From the human T2T-CHM13v2.0 reference genome, Homo sapiens, in NCBI RefSeq assembly GCF_009914755.1, contig NC_060939.1: DNA of 64,000 bases; one strand, written 5' to 3'. The translations under genes were made by a program, and so were the position numbers. The notes under the pieces were generated by a model. That model was not told the DNA's origin, made no database searches, and saw nothing but the letters and a program-made list of their open reading frames with translations. Shown in pieces: positions 41,601 through 54,845 of the stretch (position 1 is the stretch's first letter; every line of letters starts with the position of its first letter).

Positions 41601-44600
41601 ACTGCACTTCCCTTCACTGCATTCCATTCGATTCCATTCGATTCCATTTGATTCCATTCCATTGTATTCCATTCCATTTGATTCCATTCCATTCAATTCC
41701 ATAACATTCGATTCCATTCCATTCGAGCGTATTCCATTCTTGTCCATCCCATTCGAGTCCACTCCACTCCATTCCATTCCATTACATTCCACTCCACTCC
41801 ATTCCATTCCATTCCATTCCATTCCACTACACTCCACTCCATTCCATTCCATTCCATTCCACTCCAGTTCACCTCACTCTGCTCCATTCAATTCCATTCT
41901 TTCCCTTTCCAATCCATTGCATTCCACTCTACTACACTCCACACCGCTCCATTCAATTCCATTCTTTCCCATACCATTCCACTCCACTCCATTCCACTCC
42001 ACTCCACTCCAGTCCCCTAAAATCCATTCCACTCCATTGCACTCCACTCCATTACACTCCACTCCATTCCACAACACTCCACTCTCCTCCATTCCAGTAC
42101 ATTCCACTCCATTCCACTCCGTTCCATTCCAATGCATTCCCTTCCAATCCACTCCATCCTACTCCATTCCATTACATTCCACTCCATTCCACTGCACTCC
42201 ACTCCACTCCATTCCATTCCACTCCATTCCATTCCATTCCATTAAATTCCACTCCACTGCACTCGACTCCACTCCACGCCATTGCATTCCACTCCACAAC
42301 ACTCCACTCCACTCCATTCCATTATATTACATTGCATTCCACTCCATTTGATTTCATTCCATACAATTCTGTTCCATTTGACTTCATTCCATTCAAGTCC
42401 ATTCCACTCCATTCAATTCCGTTCCATTCCACTGCACTCCACTCCATTGGATTCCATTCCATTCCTTTACAGTCCTTTCAATTCAATTCCACTCCACTCC
42501 ACTCAATTCCACTCCATTCTTTTCCATTCCATTCCACTCCATTCCATTCCTTTCCACTCCACTCCTTTCCATTCCACTCCATTCCATTCCAGTCCTTTCC
42601 AATCAACTCCTCTCCTCTCCACTCCACTTTATTCCACTGCTCTCCATTTCATTCCACTCCACTCCACTCCTCTCCAATCCATTCCACTTCACTCCACCCT
42701 ATTCCATTCCACTCCATTCTATTCCACTCCATTGCACTACACTCCTATCCACTCCACACCCATCCATTACATCCATTCCATTCCATTCCACTCCATTCCT
42801 CTCCACTCCATTCCACTTCACTCCACTCCACTACGTTCAATTCCATTCCATCCAATTCCATTGCTTTCCACTCCAGTCCACTCCAATACACTCCACTTTA
42901 TTCAATTCCATTCCACCCCTTTCAAATACACTCCACTCCACTCTACTACACTCAAGTTTAACGCATTCCATTCAATTGCATTCGATGCCATTCAATACCA
43001 TTGCCTTTGATTTCATCCCAATCGATTCCATTCTATTAGACTCCATTCCATTTGATTCTATTCCATTCGGGACCATTCCATTCAATTCCACTCTACTCCA
43101 CTCCATTCCATTCCACTCCAGTCCAGTCCACTCCACTCCACTCCACTCCTGTCCATTCCATTCCATTCCACTGAATTCCTCTTCACTCCACTTCACTGCC
43201 TTCCACTTGATTCTATTCGATGAAATTCAATTCCATTCCAGTTGATTACAATCCATTCGATTCCATTCCATTTATTCCATTTCACTCGATTCCTCTCCAT
43301 TCCACTGCACTCCTCTCCACTCCACTCCACTCCATTCCACTGCACTCCCTTCCATTCCACTCCACTCCACTCCACTTGTCTCCAATCCATTCCACTTCAC
43401 TCCACTCCATTACATTCCACTCCATTGCATTCCATGCCATTCCACTCCACTCCAATCCACTCCACTCCAATCCATTCCACTCCACTCCATTCCATTCCTC
43501 TCAACTCCACTCTTCTCCACTCCATTCCACTTCACTCCACTACGTTCAATTCCATTCTATCCCATTCCATTCTGTTCCACTCCATTCCACTGCAATCAAC
43601 TCCACTCCATTCACTTCCATTCTACCCCATTCCATTCCACTCCAATCCACTCAACTTCAACGCATTCCATTCAATTTCATTCGATGCCATTCAATACCAT
43701 TTCATTTGATTCCTTTCCAATCGATTCCATTCTATTAGACTCCTTTCCATTTGATTCCATTCCATTCAAGCCCATTCCATTCAATTCCACTCCACTCTAC
43801 TCCATTCCATTCCACTACAGTCAGATCCACTCCACTCCTGTCCATTCCATTCCATTCCAGTACATTCCACTCTGCTCCACTTCACCACATTCCATTTGAT
43901 TCTGTTCGATTAAATTTAAATCCATTCCATTTGATTCCAACCCATTCGATTTCATTCCATTTATTCCATTCAATTGCATTCCATTCCATTCCATTCCATT
44001 CTTTTTCATTCCATTCCACTGCATTCCACTCCACTCCATTCCGTTCCACAGCACTCCGTTCAATTCCATTCCTTCGCATTCCATTCTTTTGCACTCCATT
44101 CCATTCCACTCCACCCCACTCCATTCGATTCCATTCCACCCCATTCCTTTCCATTCCAATTCAGTCCACTTCACTCCCCTCACTGCATTCCATTCGATTC
44201 CTTTGGATTCTACTTGGTTCCATTCCATTGTACTCCATTCCATTTGATTCCATTCCAGTCGATTCCATTCCATTCGATTCCATTCCATTCGATTCTATTT
44301 TTTTCGATTCTATTCCATTTGAGTCCATCCCATTCGAGTCCTTTCTATTCTTCTCCATTCCATTCGAGTCCATTCCGTTCATGTCCAATCCATTGGAAAC
44401 CATGACATTCCAGTCCATTCCATTCCAGTTAATTCGACTTGAGTCAATTCCAATCCACTCCATTCCAGTCTACTTGATTCCACTCCATTCCACTCCACTC
44501 CACTCCATTCCACTCGACTCCACTCTTCTCCATTCTACTCCGTTCCACTCCACTCCATTACACTCCATTTCACTCCACTCCACAACACTCCACTCGACTC

Positions 44601-45499
44601 CACTCCATTCCATTGCATTCCACTCCACTTAATGCCACTCTTCTCTGTTCAATTCCATTCTTTCCCATTCCAATCCATTGCATTCTACTCCACTCCAACC
44701 CACTCGGCTGTGTTCAATTCCATTCTTTCCCATTCCATTCCACTCGACTCCATTCCACTCCACTCCTTTCAGTTCCATTCCACCCCATTCCATTCCAGTC
44801 CATTTCACAACACTCCACTCGACTTGACTGCATGCCATTGGATTCCATTGGATGCCATTCGACTCCATTCCATTCCATTCCATTCCATTTGGTTACATTT
44901 CATTCTATTCCATTGCATTCTATTCCATTCCATTCGAGTCCATTCCATTGCACGCCATTCCATTCCAGTCCTTTCAATTCGAGTCCATTCCATTCCATTC
45001 CACTCCATTCTATTCCATTCCACTCTCTTCCACTCCATTAGAGTCCACTCTATACCACTCCTTCCCACTCCAATCCACTCAACACCACTCCATTCCACTG
45101 CAATCCCTTCCACTGCAATAAAATCCATTCTACTCAATTCCACTTCACTCCATTCCACTCCACTCCATTCCACACCACTCCACTCTTCTCTACTCCACTA
45201 CCTTCCAATCCACTCCACTCCAATCTACTCCACTACACTCCATTCCATTCCATTGCATTCAATTCACTCCTCTCCACCCTATTCCATTACATTACATTCC
45301 TTTGCATTCCATTGCACTCCACTCTACTCCCCTTTGTTCAATTACATAACTTCCCATTCCATTCCATTTGATTCCATTCCACTGCACTCCACTCCAATCC
45401 ACTCCATTCCATTTCATTCCATTCCATTCCATTGCATTCCATTCCACTCCAATCCACTCCACTCCACTCCATTACATTCCATTCCACTCCACTCCACTT

Positions 45500-48300
45500 C
45501 ATTCCATTACATTCCATCGCATTCCACTCCACTCCACTCCCCTCCATTCAACTCCATTCCTTCCCATTCCATTCCTTTCCACTCCATTCCAAAACATTTC
45601 ACTCCACTCCATTCAATTCCATTCCACCCATTCCCTTCCAATCCATTCCCCTCCACTCCACTCCACATCACCACATTCTGTTCCTTTCGAATACATTCCC
45701 TTCAGTTAAATTCCATTCGATTCCATTCCATTCGAGTACAATCCATTTGAGTCTTTTCCTTTGGATTACTTTCGTTTCCAGTCAATTCTATTCCAGTTCA
45801 TTCCATTTGAGTCCATTCCATTCCACCACATTCCTTTCTATTCCATTCCATTCCACTGCATTCCTTTCCATTCCATTCCATTTCATTGCATTCCATTCTA
45901 CTCCAATCCACTCCAATGCACTCCATTCCATTCCTCTCCACTCCACTCCACTACATTCCATTCCACTCCATTCCACTCCCATCCACTGCACTCCAATCCA
46001 CTCAATTTGATTCCACTCCACTCAACTGCACTCCATTCCATTCCTCTACATTCCATTCCATTGCATTCCACCCCACTCCAATCCACTCCACTCCAGTTAA
46101 TTCTATTCCATTGCATGGCATTCCACTCCACTCCACTCCAGTCCACTCTGTTCAATTTCATTCATTCCCATTCCCTTCCTTTCCCTCCATTCCACTCCTC
46201 TCCACTGCATTCAATTCCGTTCCACCTGTTCAATTTAACTCCTTTCCACTCCACTCCACTTCACCACATTCCATTGGATTCCATTCAAGGTCATTCGATT
46301 CTACTCCATTCGACTGCATTCCGTTCAATTCCATCCTACTCAATTCCATTTCATTAGATTCCAATCCATTTGATGCCATGCCATTCAATTTATTGCATTC
46401 GAGTACATTCCATTGGAGTCGATTCCTTTCCAGTTCATTCCGTTCCAGTCCATTCCATTTGATTTCATTCCATTCGATACCATTCACTTCGAATCCATTC
46501 CGCTCAATTCCATCCCATTCGATTCCATTCCATTCTATTCCATTCCATTCCAGCCCATTCCATTGCAGTCTATTCCATTCCATTCCATTCCTTGCCCTTC
46601 CATTCCATTCCCTTCCATAAGATTCCATCCCTTTCGATTCCATTCCATTTGATTCCATTCCAGTTAAGTTCATTCCATTCCATTCCATTCTGTTCGAATC
46701 CATTCCATTCCATTCATTTCCATTCTATTCATGTCCATTCCATCCCAGTCCATTCGTCTGCATTCCACTCATTTCCATTCCATTCCTTTCAATTCCATGC
46801 AATTCCATTCGATTGAATTCCTTTGCATTGCACTCCACTCCACTTCAAACCATTCCATTGCATTCCATTCCACTCCACTCCACCCTACTCCATTCCATTA
46901 CATTCCATTGCATTACCCTGCACTCTACTCCACTTCTCTTTGTTCAATTCCATTCCTTCCTATTCCATTCCATTTCATTCAATTCCACTCCACTCCACTC
47001 CTTTCCACTCCATTCCATTCCATTCCTTTCTATTTCATTCCATTCCATTCCATTCCATTCCATTCTATTCCATTCCACTCCACTCCACTCCATTGCACTG
47101 CACTCCATTCCATTCCATTCCATTCCACTCCTATCCACTCCCTACCTCTCCATTCCACTCCATTGTATTCCACTCCGCACCACTCCACTCCATTCGATTA
47201 CATTCCATTGCATTCTACTCCCCTCCACTGCCCTCACCTCTGTTCAATTCCATTTCTTCCCATTCCATTCCATTCCACTCCATACCAAGACTCTTCTCTC
47301 TACTGCATTCAATTCCATTCCACCCCATTCCCTTCCAATCCATTCCCCTCCACTCCATATCCACACATTCCGTTCCATTCGATTATATTCCCTTCAATTA
47401 AATTCCATGTGATTCCTTTCCATTCGAATCCATTCCATTCGAGTACAATCCATTCGAGTCCCTTCCATTGGAGTACACTTGATTCCAGTCCATTCCATTC
47501 CAGTTCATTCCATTCGAGTCCATTGCATTGCAATTCTTTCCTTTCCATTGCATTCCATTTCATTCCACTCCACTCCACTCAACTCTATTCCATTCCAATA
47601 CACTTCAATCCACTCCAATCCATTCCATTCCACTCCATTCCACTCCAATCCACTCCACTCCACTCCACTCAATTCCATTCCACTCTACTCTTCTGCACTC
47701 CAATCCATTCCATTCCATTCCATTCCATTCCATTGCATTCCACTCCACTCAAGTCCACTCCACTACAGTCCATTCCATTCCATTCCATTGCATTCAACTC
47801 CACACAACTCCATTCAATTCCATTCCTTCCCATTCCATGCCATTCCCCTCCATTGCAGTCCACTCCCCTCCACTGCATCCAGTTCACTTCCACCCCCTTC
47901 CATTCCACTCCATTCCACTACACTCCACTTCACCACATTACATTTAATTCCATTTGAAGTCATTCAATTCCATTCCACTCGATTCAATTCCGTTCGATTC
48001 CATTCAATTTAATTCCATTCCATTCAATTGCAGTCCTTTTGATTCCATGCCATTCGATTTATTCCATTAGAATACATTCAATTTGAGTCCATTCCTTTAC
48101 AGTTCATTTCATTCCAGTCCTTTCCATTTGGTTTCATTCCGTTTTATTAAATTCCATTTGAATCAATTTCATTCGATTCCATTCCATTCCATTTCATTCC
48201 ATTCCATTCTATTCAATTCTTGTCCATTCCATTCGAATCCATTCCATTCCATTCCATTCCAATCCATTCCAATACAATCCAGTCCACTCCATCCCATCCA
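45500..48300 (+). repeat. Degenerate ~1.7-kb tandem duplication
   Basis: tcccttccaatccattcccctccactcca (~45632/~47329), ttcccttca(g/a)ttaaattcc (~45696/~47388), gagtacaatcc (~45734/~47441), catgccattc(a/g)atttatt (~46377/~48046). Confidence 0.75.
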
Positions 48301-51300
48301 ACTACACACCATTCCATTCAGCTCCATTCCACACCATTTCACTCCATTCCATTCCATTCCATTCCATTCCATTCATTTCCTTTCCATTCAGTTCCTTTCC
48401 ATTCCTGTCCATTACATTCCATTCCACTCAACTTCACTCCACTCCACTCCGTTCAATTCCATTACTTCCGATTACTTTCCATTCCACTCCATTCCAGTCC
48501 ACTCCACTTCACTACATTCAGTTCCCTCCCACCGCATTCCATTCCACTCCGTTCCATTCCACTTCACCACATTCCAGTCCACTCCACTGCACTCAATTTT
48601 ATTCCATACCATTCCATTCCATTCCACTGCACTCTACTCCACTTCACTCCACTGCATTCGATTCAACTCCACTCCAGTCCATTCCAATCCACTCCACTCG
48701 ACTCAAGTCCATTGCTTTTCATTTCTTTCCATTCCGTTCAATTCCACTCCACTCCATTCATCTCCACTCCACTCAACTCCATGCAATTCATTTTCTTCCC
48801 ATTCCATTTCATTCCTAATCCATTCCACTCCACTCCCCTCCACTCCATTCAATTTAATTCCCCCCATTCTATTCACTCCATTCCTCTCCAGTCCACTCAA
48901 ATTCAATCCATTAAATTCGAATCCATTCGATGTAATTCGATGCCATTCCATTTGATTCTATTCCATTTGATTCCATTCCCCTTGATTCCATTCCTTTCGA
49001 GTTCATTCCATTCGATTGTATTCCAGTAGAGTCCATTCCATTCGAGTCCATTCCATTTGAGTCCATTGCATTCTAGTCAATTCCTTTCCATTCCATTCCA
49101 TTCGAGTCCACTCCATTCCATTCCTTTCCCTTCCATTCCATTCCATTACGTTCAATTCCATTCCATTCGAGTCCACTCCATTGTAGCCCATTCCGCTCAA
49201 TTCTTCTCCATTCCACTCCACTTCACTGCACTCCGTTTTGTTCCATTCCATTTGATTCCATTCCACTGCCCTCCACTCCACTTCACTCCACTCCAATCCA
49301 CTACACTCCACTGCACTCCATTCCATTCCATTCCTCTCCACGCCTTGCCATTCCACTCCACTCAAATGCATTCCATTCCATTCCAGTCCATTCCTTTCCA
49401 CTCCACTCCGTTCCACTGGAATCCACTCCACATCACTCCACTCCATTCCATTCAGTTGCATTCCACTCCTCTCCACTCCACTCCATTCCATCCCATTCCA
49501 TTGCATTCCACCCCACTTCACTCCACTCCACTTCACTTCATTCAATTCCATTCCTTCCATTCGATTCCATTCCACTCCACTTTTATCCATTCAATTCCAT
49601 TCCAACCCATTCCATTCCACTCCGTTCCACTGCAATCCACTCCCCTTCACTGCATTCCATTCGATTCCTTTTGGGGCCTTTCGATTCCATTCCATTCCAT
49701 TCCATTCCATTTGGTTCTATTCCATTTGACTCCATTCCATTCGATTCCACTCCATTCGACTCCTTTCCATTCGACTGCATTCAGTTTGATTCCATTACAT
49801 TCGAGTGCATTCGATTCGAGTCCATTCCATTCTGGTCTATTCCATTAGGGTCCATTCCATTCGAGTCCATTCCATTCCATTCCACTCAAGTGAATCCACT
49901 TCAGTACTCTCCATTCCAATGCATTCCACTCCACTCCATTCCATTTCACTCCATTCCAATGCAATTCACTCCATCGCATTCCATTCCATTCCATTCCATT
50001 ACATTCCACTCCATTCCATTCCATTACATTCCACTCCATTCCATTCAATTCCACTCCATTCCATTCCATTTCATTTCATTCCATTCCATTCCATTCCATT
50101 CCATTCCATTCAATTCCTTTCCATTCCACTCCATTCCATTCCTTTCCATTCCATTCCATTCCTTTCCTTTCCATTCCATTCCTTTCGAGTTCATTCCATT
50201 CTAGTCCATCCCATTCGAGTCCAATTCATTCCATTCCATTCCTTTTGAATCCGTTCCTTTCGTGTCCAATTCATTGGCATCCATTCCTTTCCAGTCCATT
50301 ACATTCCATTTCATTTCTTTCGAGTCCATTCCATTCCACTCCATTCCAGTACACTCAATTCCACTCTACTCCACTAAACTCCACTACACTGCCTTCCACT
50401 ACATTCCACTGCATTACACTCCACTCCACTCCACTACACACCACTCCACTCCACTACATTCCACTCCACTGCATACCATTCCATTCCATTGCACTCAACT
50501 CCACTCCATCCCACTCCACTCTGTTCAATTCCATTCTTTCCCATTCCTTTCCTTTGTATTCCACTCCACTCCTCCCCACTCCGTTCCATTCAATTCCATA
50601 CTTTCCCATTCCTTTCCACTCCATTCCACTCCACTCCAATCCACTTCGCCGCATTCCATTCGATTCCATTCAATGCCATTCGATTCGACTCCATTCAATT
50701 CGATTCCATTCCATTCTATTCCATTCCATTCCATTCCATTCCATTCTATTCCATTCCATTCCATTCCATTCCATTCAATTACATTCCATTGCATTCCATT
50801 CGATTCCACTCCTTTCGATTCCATTCCATTCGATTCCATTCCATTCGACTCCATTCCATTCGTGTCCTTTCCCCTCGGTTCCATTCCATTCGATTCCATT
50901 CCATTGGAGTCCATTCCATTGGATTCCATTCCGTTCATCTCCATTCCATTCCAGTCCATTCCAATCCAGTCCATTCCATGTGATTCCATTCCAGTCCATT
51001 CAATTCCATTCCACTCCTCTCCTTTCCCTTCATTGCATTCCACTCCACTCCAATCCACTACACGCTGTTCAATTCCATTCGTTCCCAATCCATTCCATTG
51101 CCTTCCATTCCATTCCAGTCTGCTTCTTTCAACTACAATGCAGTCCATTGCATTCCAATCGATTCCACTCCACTCCACTGCATTCCACACTATTGCACTC
51201 CACTCCACTCCATTCCATTCCACTCCATTGCATTCCACTCAACTCCACTCCACTCCACTGCACACCGTTCAATTCCATTCCTTCCCATTCCTTTCCATTC

Positions 51301-54300
51301 CACACCATTCACTCCAGTCCACTACATTCCATTCAAATCCATTCCACTCCAATGCACTACACTTCAACGCATTCCATTCGATTAGATTAGATTCCTTTAG
51401 ATTCGATTCCATTTGTTTCCATTCCATTTGATTAAATTCTATTTGATTTCATTCTTTTCGAGTCCATTACATCTGAGTCCATTCCATTCGATTCCATTCC
51501 ACTCCATTCCATTTCATTCCATTCCACTCCATTCCATTCCATTCCATTCCATTCCATTCCACTCCATTCCATTCCATTCCATTGCATTCCATTCCATTCC
51601 ATTCCATTCCATTCCATTACACTCCAGTCCACTCCACTACATTCCATTCCATTCCATTCCATTCCATTCCATTACATTACATTCCACTCTAATCCGCTCC
51701 ACTCCACTCCAATCAATTCCATTCCTTCCCTTTGCATTCCATTCAATCCATTCCACTTCACTCCACTCCACTCCATTCAATTCCATTGCACCACATTCCA
51801 TTCCACTCCATTACACTCCACTCCACTCCACTTCACCACATTCCTTTCGATTCCATTCAACGCCATTCAATTCCATTTCATTCAACTTGATTCCATTCTA
51901 TTCCATTCCATTCAATTCCATTCCTTTCGATTCCATTCCATTGGAATCCATTCCATTTATGTCCATTTCATTCCATTCCTTTCCAATCCACTGCATTCCA
52001 CTCCACTCCACGCCACTCCTCTCAAATCCATTCCATTCCATTCCATTCCAATCCATTCCATTCCATTCCTTTCTGTTCTATTCCACACTATTCTATTCGA
52101 CTCCAGTCCACTGCACTCCAATTCATTCCATTCCATTCGATTCCATTCCATTGCACTGAATTCCATTCCATTGCACTCCATTCCATTCCATCCCAGTACC
52201 CTCCACTAAATTCCTTTCCATTCCATTGCACTCCACTCCACTGCACCACACTCCACTCCACTCCATTCCATTCCTCTCCAACCCATGCCATTGTACTCCA
52301 CTCCATTCAACTCCACTCCACTCCATTCCTCTCCACTCCTCTCCACTCATTTCCATTCCATTCCACTCCCGTACATTCCACTGAACTCCTCTCCACTCTT
52401 TTCCATTCCATTCCTTTCCACTCCACTGCACTCCATTCCACTCCAATCCATTCCATTCCACTCCTCTCCACTCCCTTCCACTCCACTCAACTCCACTCCA
52501 CTCCAGTCCATTTCATTCCAATCCGTTCCATTCTACTCCACTCCACTAAACTCTACTCCACTCCAGTCCACTCCACTCCACTCCACTCCATTCCATTCGA
52601 TTACATTCCCTCCCATTCCATTTCATTCCATTCCCTTCCACTCCACTCCACACCATTCAATTCCATTCCACCCCATCGCATTTCACTCCATTCCACTCCA
52701 CTTCTCTACACTTCACCACATTCCATTCGAAGCCAATCGATTCCATTCCATTCAATTGCATTCCATACGTTTCCATTCCATTTGTTTCCATTCCATTCTA
52801 TTTCATTCCTTTCGAATCCATGCCATTCGATTCCATTCCATTCGAGTCCATTACATTGCAGTCAATTCCATTTTAGTCCATTCCATTCGATTCCATTCCA
52901 TTCCATTAAACTCCACTCCATTCCATTCCATTCCATTACCTTATTTACCATTCCATTCTACTCCACTCTTTTCCATTCCACTCCACTACACTCTTTTCCA
53001 TTCCATTCCACTACACTGCATTCCATTCCACCCAATTTCAACACAATCCTGTCCATTCTATTCCACTCCATTCCATTCCATTGCAGTCCATTCCTTTCCA
53101 AAATTTTCAATTCCACTCCACTCCACTCCATTCCATTTCATTTCATTCCATTCCATTCCATTCCATTGCATTCCACTCCACTCCACTAAACTCCCTTCAA
53201 TTCAATCCCTTCCCATTCAATTTCTCTACATCCCACTCCAATCCACTCGACTATATTAAAGTCCATTCCATCCAGTTCCATTCCACTCCATTCCACTCCA
53301 CTACACTCCACTTCACCGCATTCCATTAGTATCCATTCGATTCCTTTCGATTCCATTATATGCCCTTCAATCCCATTCCATTCGATTCCATTCCATTCGA
53401 TTCCATTCCTTCCGATCCCATACCATTCTATTCCCTTCCATTCCATTCCATTCTATTATATTCGTTTCCAATCCATTACAGTCAATTCCATTCGAATCTA
53501 TTCCATTCGAGTCCATTCCATTACAGTCCATTCCATTCCAATCCACTGCATTCCATTCAATTCCACTCAGCTTCACTGCACTCCATTCAATTCCATTCTA
53601 TTACATTCCACTCCACACCGCTCCACTCCACTCCGTTGAACTCCATTCCTTCTTTTTCCATTCCATTCCACTCCATTCCCCTCCAATCCCCTCGACTCAA
53701 CTCCACTCCATTCTTTTCCATTCCACCCCATTCCATTCACTCCGCTCCACTCCATTTCACCACATTCCATTTGATTCCATTGGATTCCATTCTTTTCCAT
53801 TTCATTTGATTCTATTCCATTCGATTCAATTCCATTCACGTCCATTCAATTCGAGTCCATTCCGTTCCATTCCATTCCATTGCAGTCCATTCCATTCCAG
53901 TCCATTCCTTTCCATTCCATTCATTTACACTGATTTGCATTCCATTCCTCTCTACTCCATTCCATTCCACTCCATTCCTTCAACTCCTCTTCACTCCATT
54001 CCACTGCATTGATTTCCACTTCACTCCATTCCACTCCACTCCACTCTATTCCATTCCACTAAACTCCACTCCACTCCATTGCATTCCATTCCACTCCACT
54101 CCACTCCATTCCATTCCGTTCCACTACCCTCCACTCCTCTCACTTCCATTCCACTCCATTCCATTCGATTCCATTCCATTCCGTTCCATTCCCCCCAGTG
54201 CACTCCACTCCATTCCATTCCATTCCTGTCCATTCCACTCCATTTCACTCCTCTCCAATGCACTTCACTCAATTCCATTCCTTCCCATTCCAATCCATTC

Positions 54301-54680
54301 CATTCCATTCCACTCCATTTCAAGTTACTCCATTCAATTCCATTCCACCCCATTATATTCAACTCAATTCCACTCCACTCCACATCACCGCATTCCATTC
54401 GAACCCATTTGATGCCACTCGATGTCATTTGATTCTATTCTATTTAATTCCATTCTATTTGATTCCATTCTATTCGATTCCATTCAATTCGTTTCCATTC
54501 CATTTCAGTCCATTCCATTCCAGTCCATTCCATTACAGTCCATTCCATTTGAGTACTTTCCATTGCATTCCATTCCATTCAAGTGCGTTCCATTCCAGTC
54601 CATTCCATTCCCGTCCATTCCAATCGAGTCCATTTCATTCCATTCCATTCCATTCCATTCCACTCTACTCCTCTCCACTC

Positions 54681-54845
54681 CACTCTACCCCATTCCAATG
54701 CATTCCATTGCATTCCACCCCACTCCACTCCATTCCACTCTACCCCATTCCAATGCATTCCATTGCATTCCACCCCACTCCACTCCACTCCACTCTACCC
54801 TATTCCAATCAATTCCATTGCATTCCACCCCACTCCACTCCATTC
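54681..54845 (+). repeat. 55-bp tandem triplication
   Basis: cactctaccc...cattgcattccaccccactccactc at 54681, 54736 and 54791. Copy 2 has 1 mismatch and copy 3 has 3 mismatches versus copy 1. Confidence 0.9.

Larger units (their letters stand above)
25800..45300 (+). repeat. Degenerate higher-order repeat domain, unit ~2.3-2.4 kb, with truncated and rearranged copies
   Basis: Recurring ordered markers: atgaaa(c/t)tca..ttcc (~27239, ~32977, ~36583, ~38900, ~41313, ~43220); gtccaatccattggagacc-like (~27663, ~33671, ~37060, ~39353, ~44382); ctattagactcc (~26987, ~38623, ~41066, ~43033, ~43733); cacttgacc(a/g)catt..ttggattcc (~28112, ~29333, ~37474, ~39817). Confidence 0.75.

Noticed and set aside
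25833-43210. Recurrent CCACTTGA (NKX2-type TCAAGTGG) motifs
   Set aside because: One or two substitutions from CCACT-CCA/CGA pentamer junctions and propagated by duplication; no independent evidence of function.
50525-51238. Minus-strand MEWNG-repeat ORFs, superficially like pentapeptide-repeat proteins
   Set aside because: Direct translation of (GGAAT)n. ATG is supplied by every repeat and the 5-aa period follows from 15 bp = 3 pentamers.
51379-51389. cgattagatta, near-match to the DUX4 motif TGATTAGATTA
   Set aside because: Single copy with a mismatch, easily produced by chance from GATT-type pentamers.
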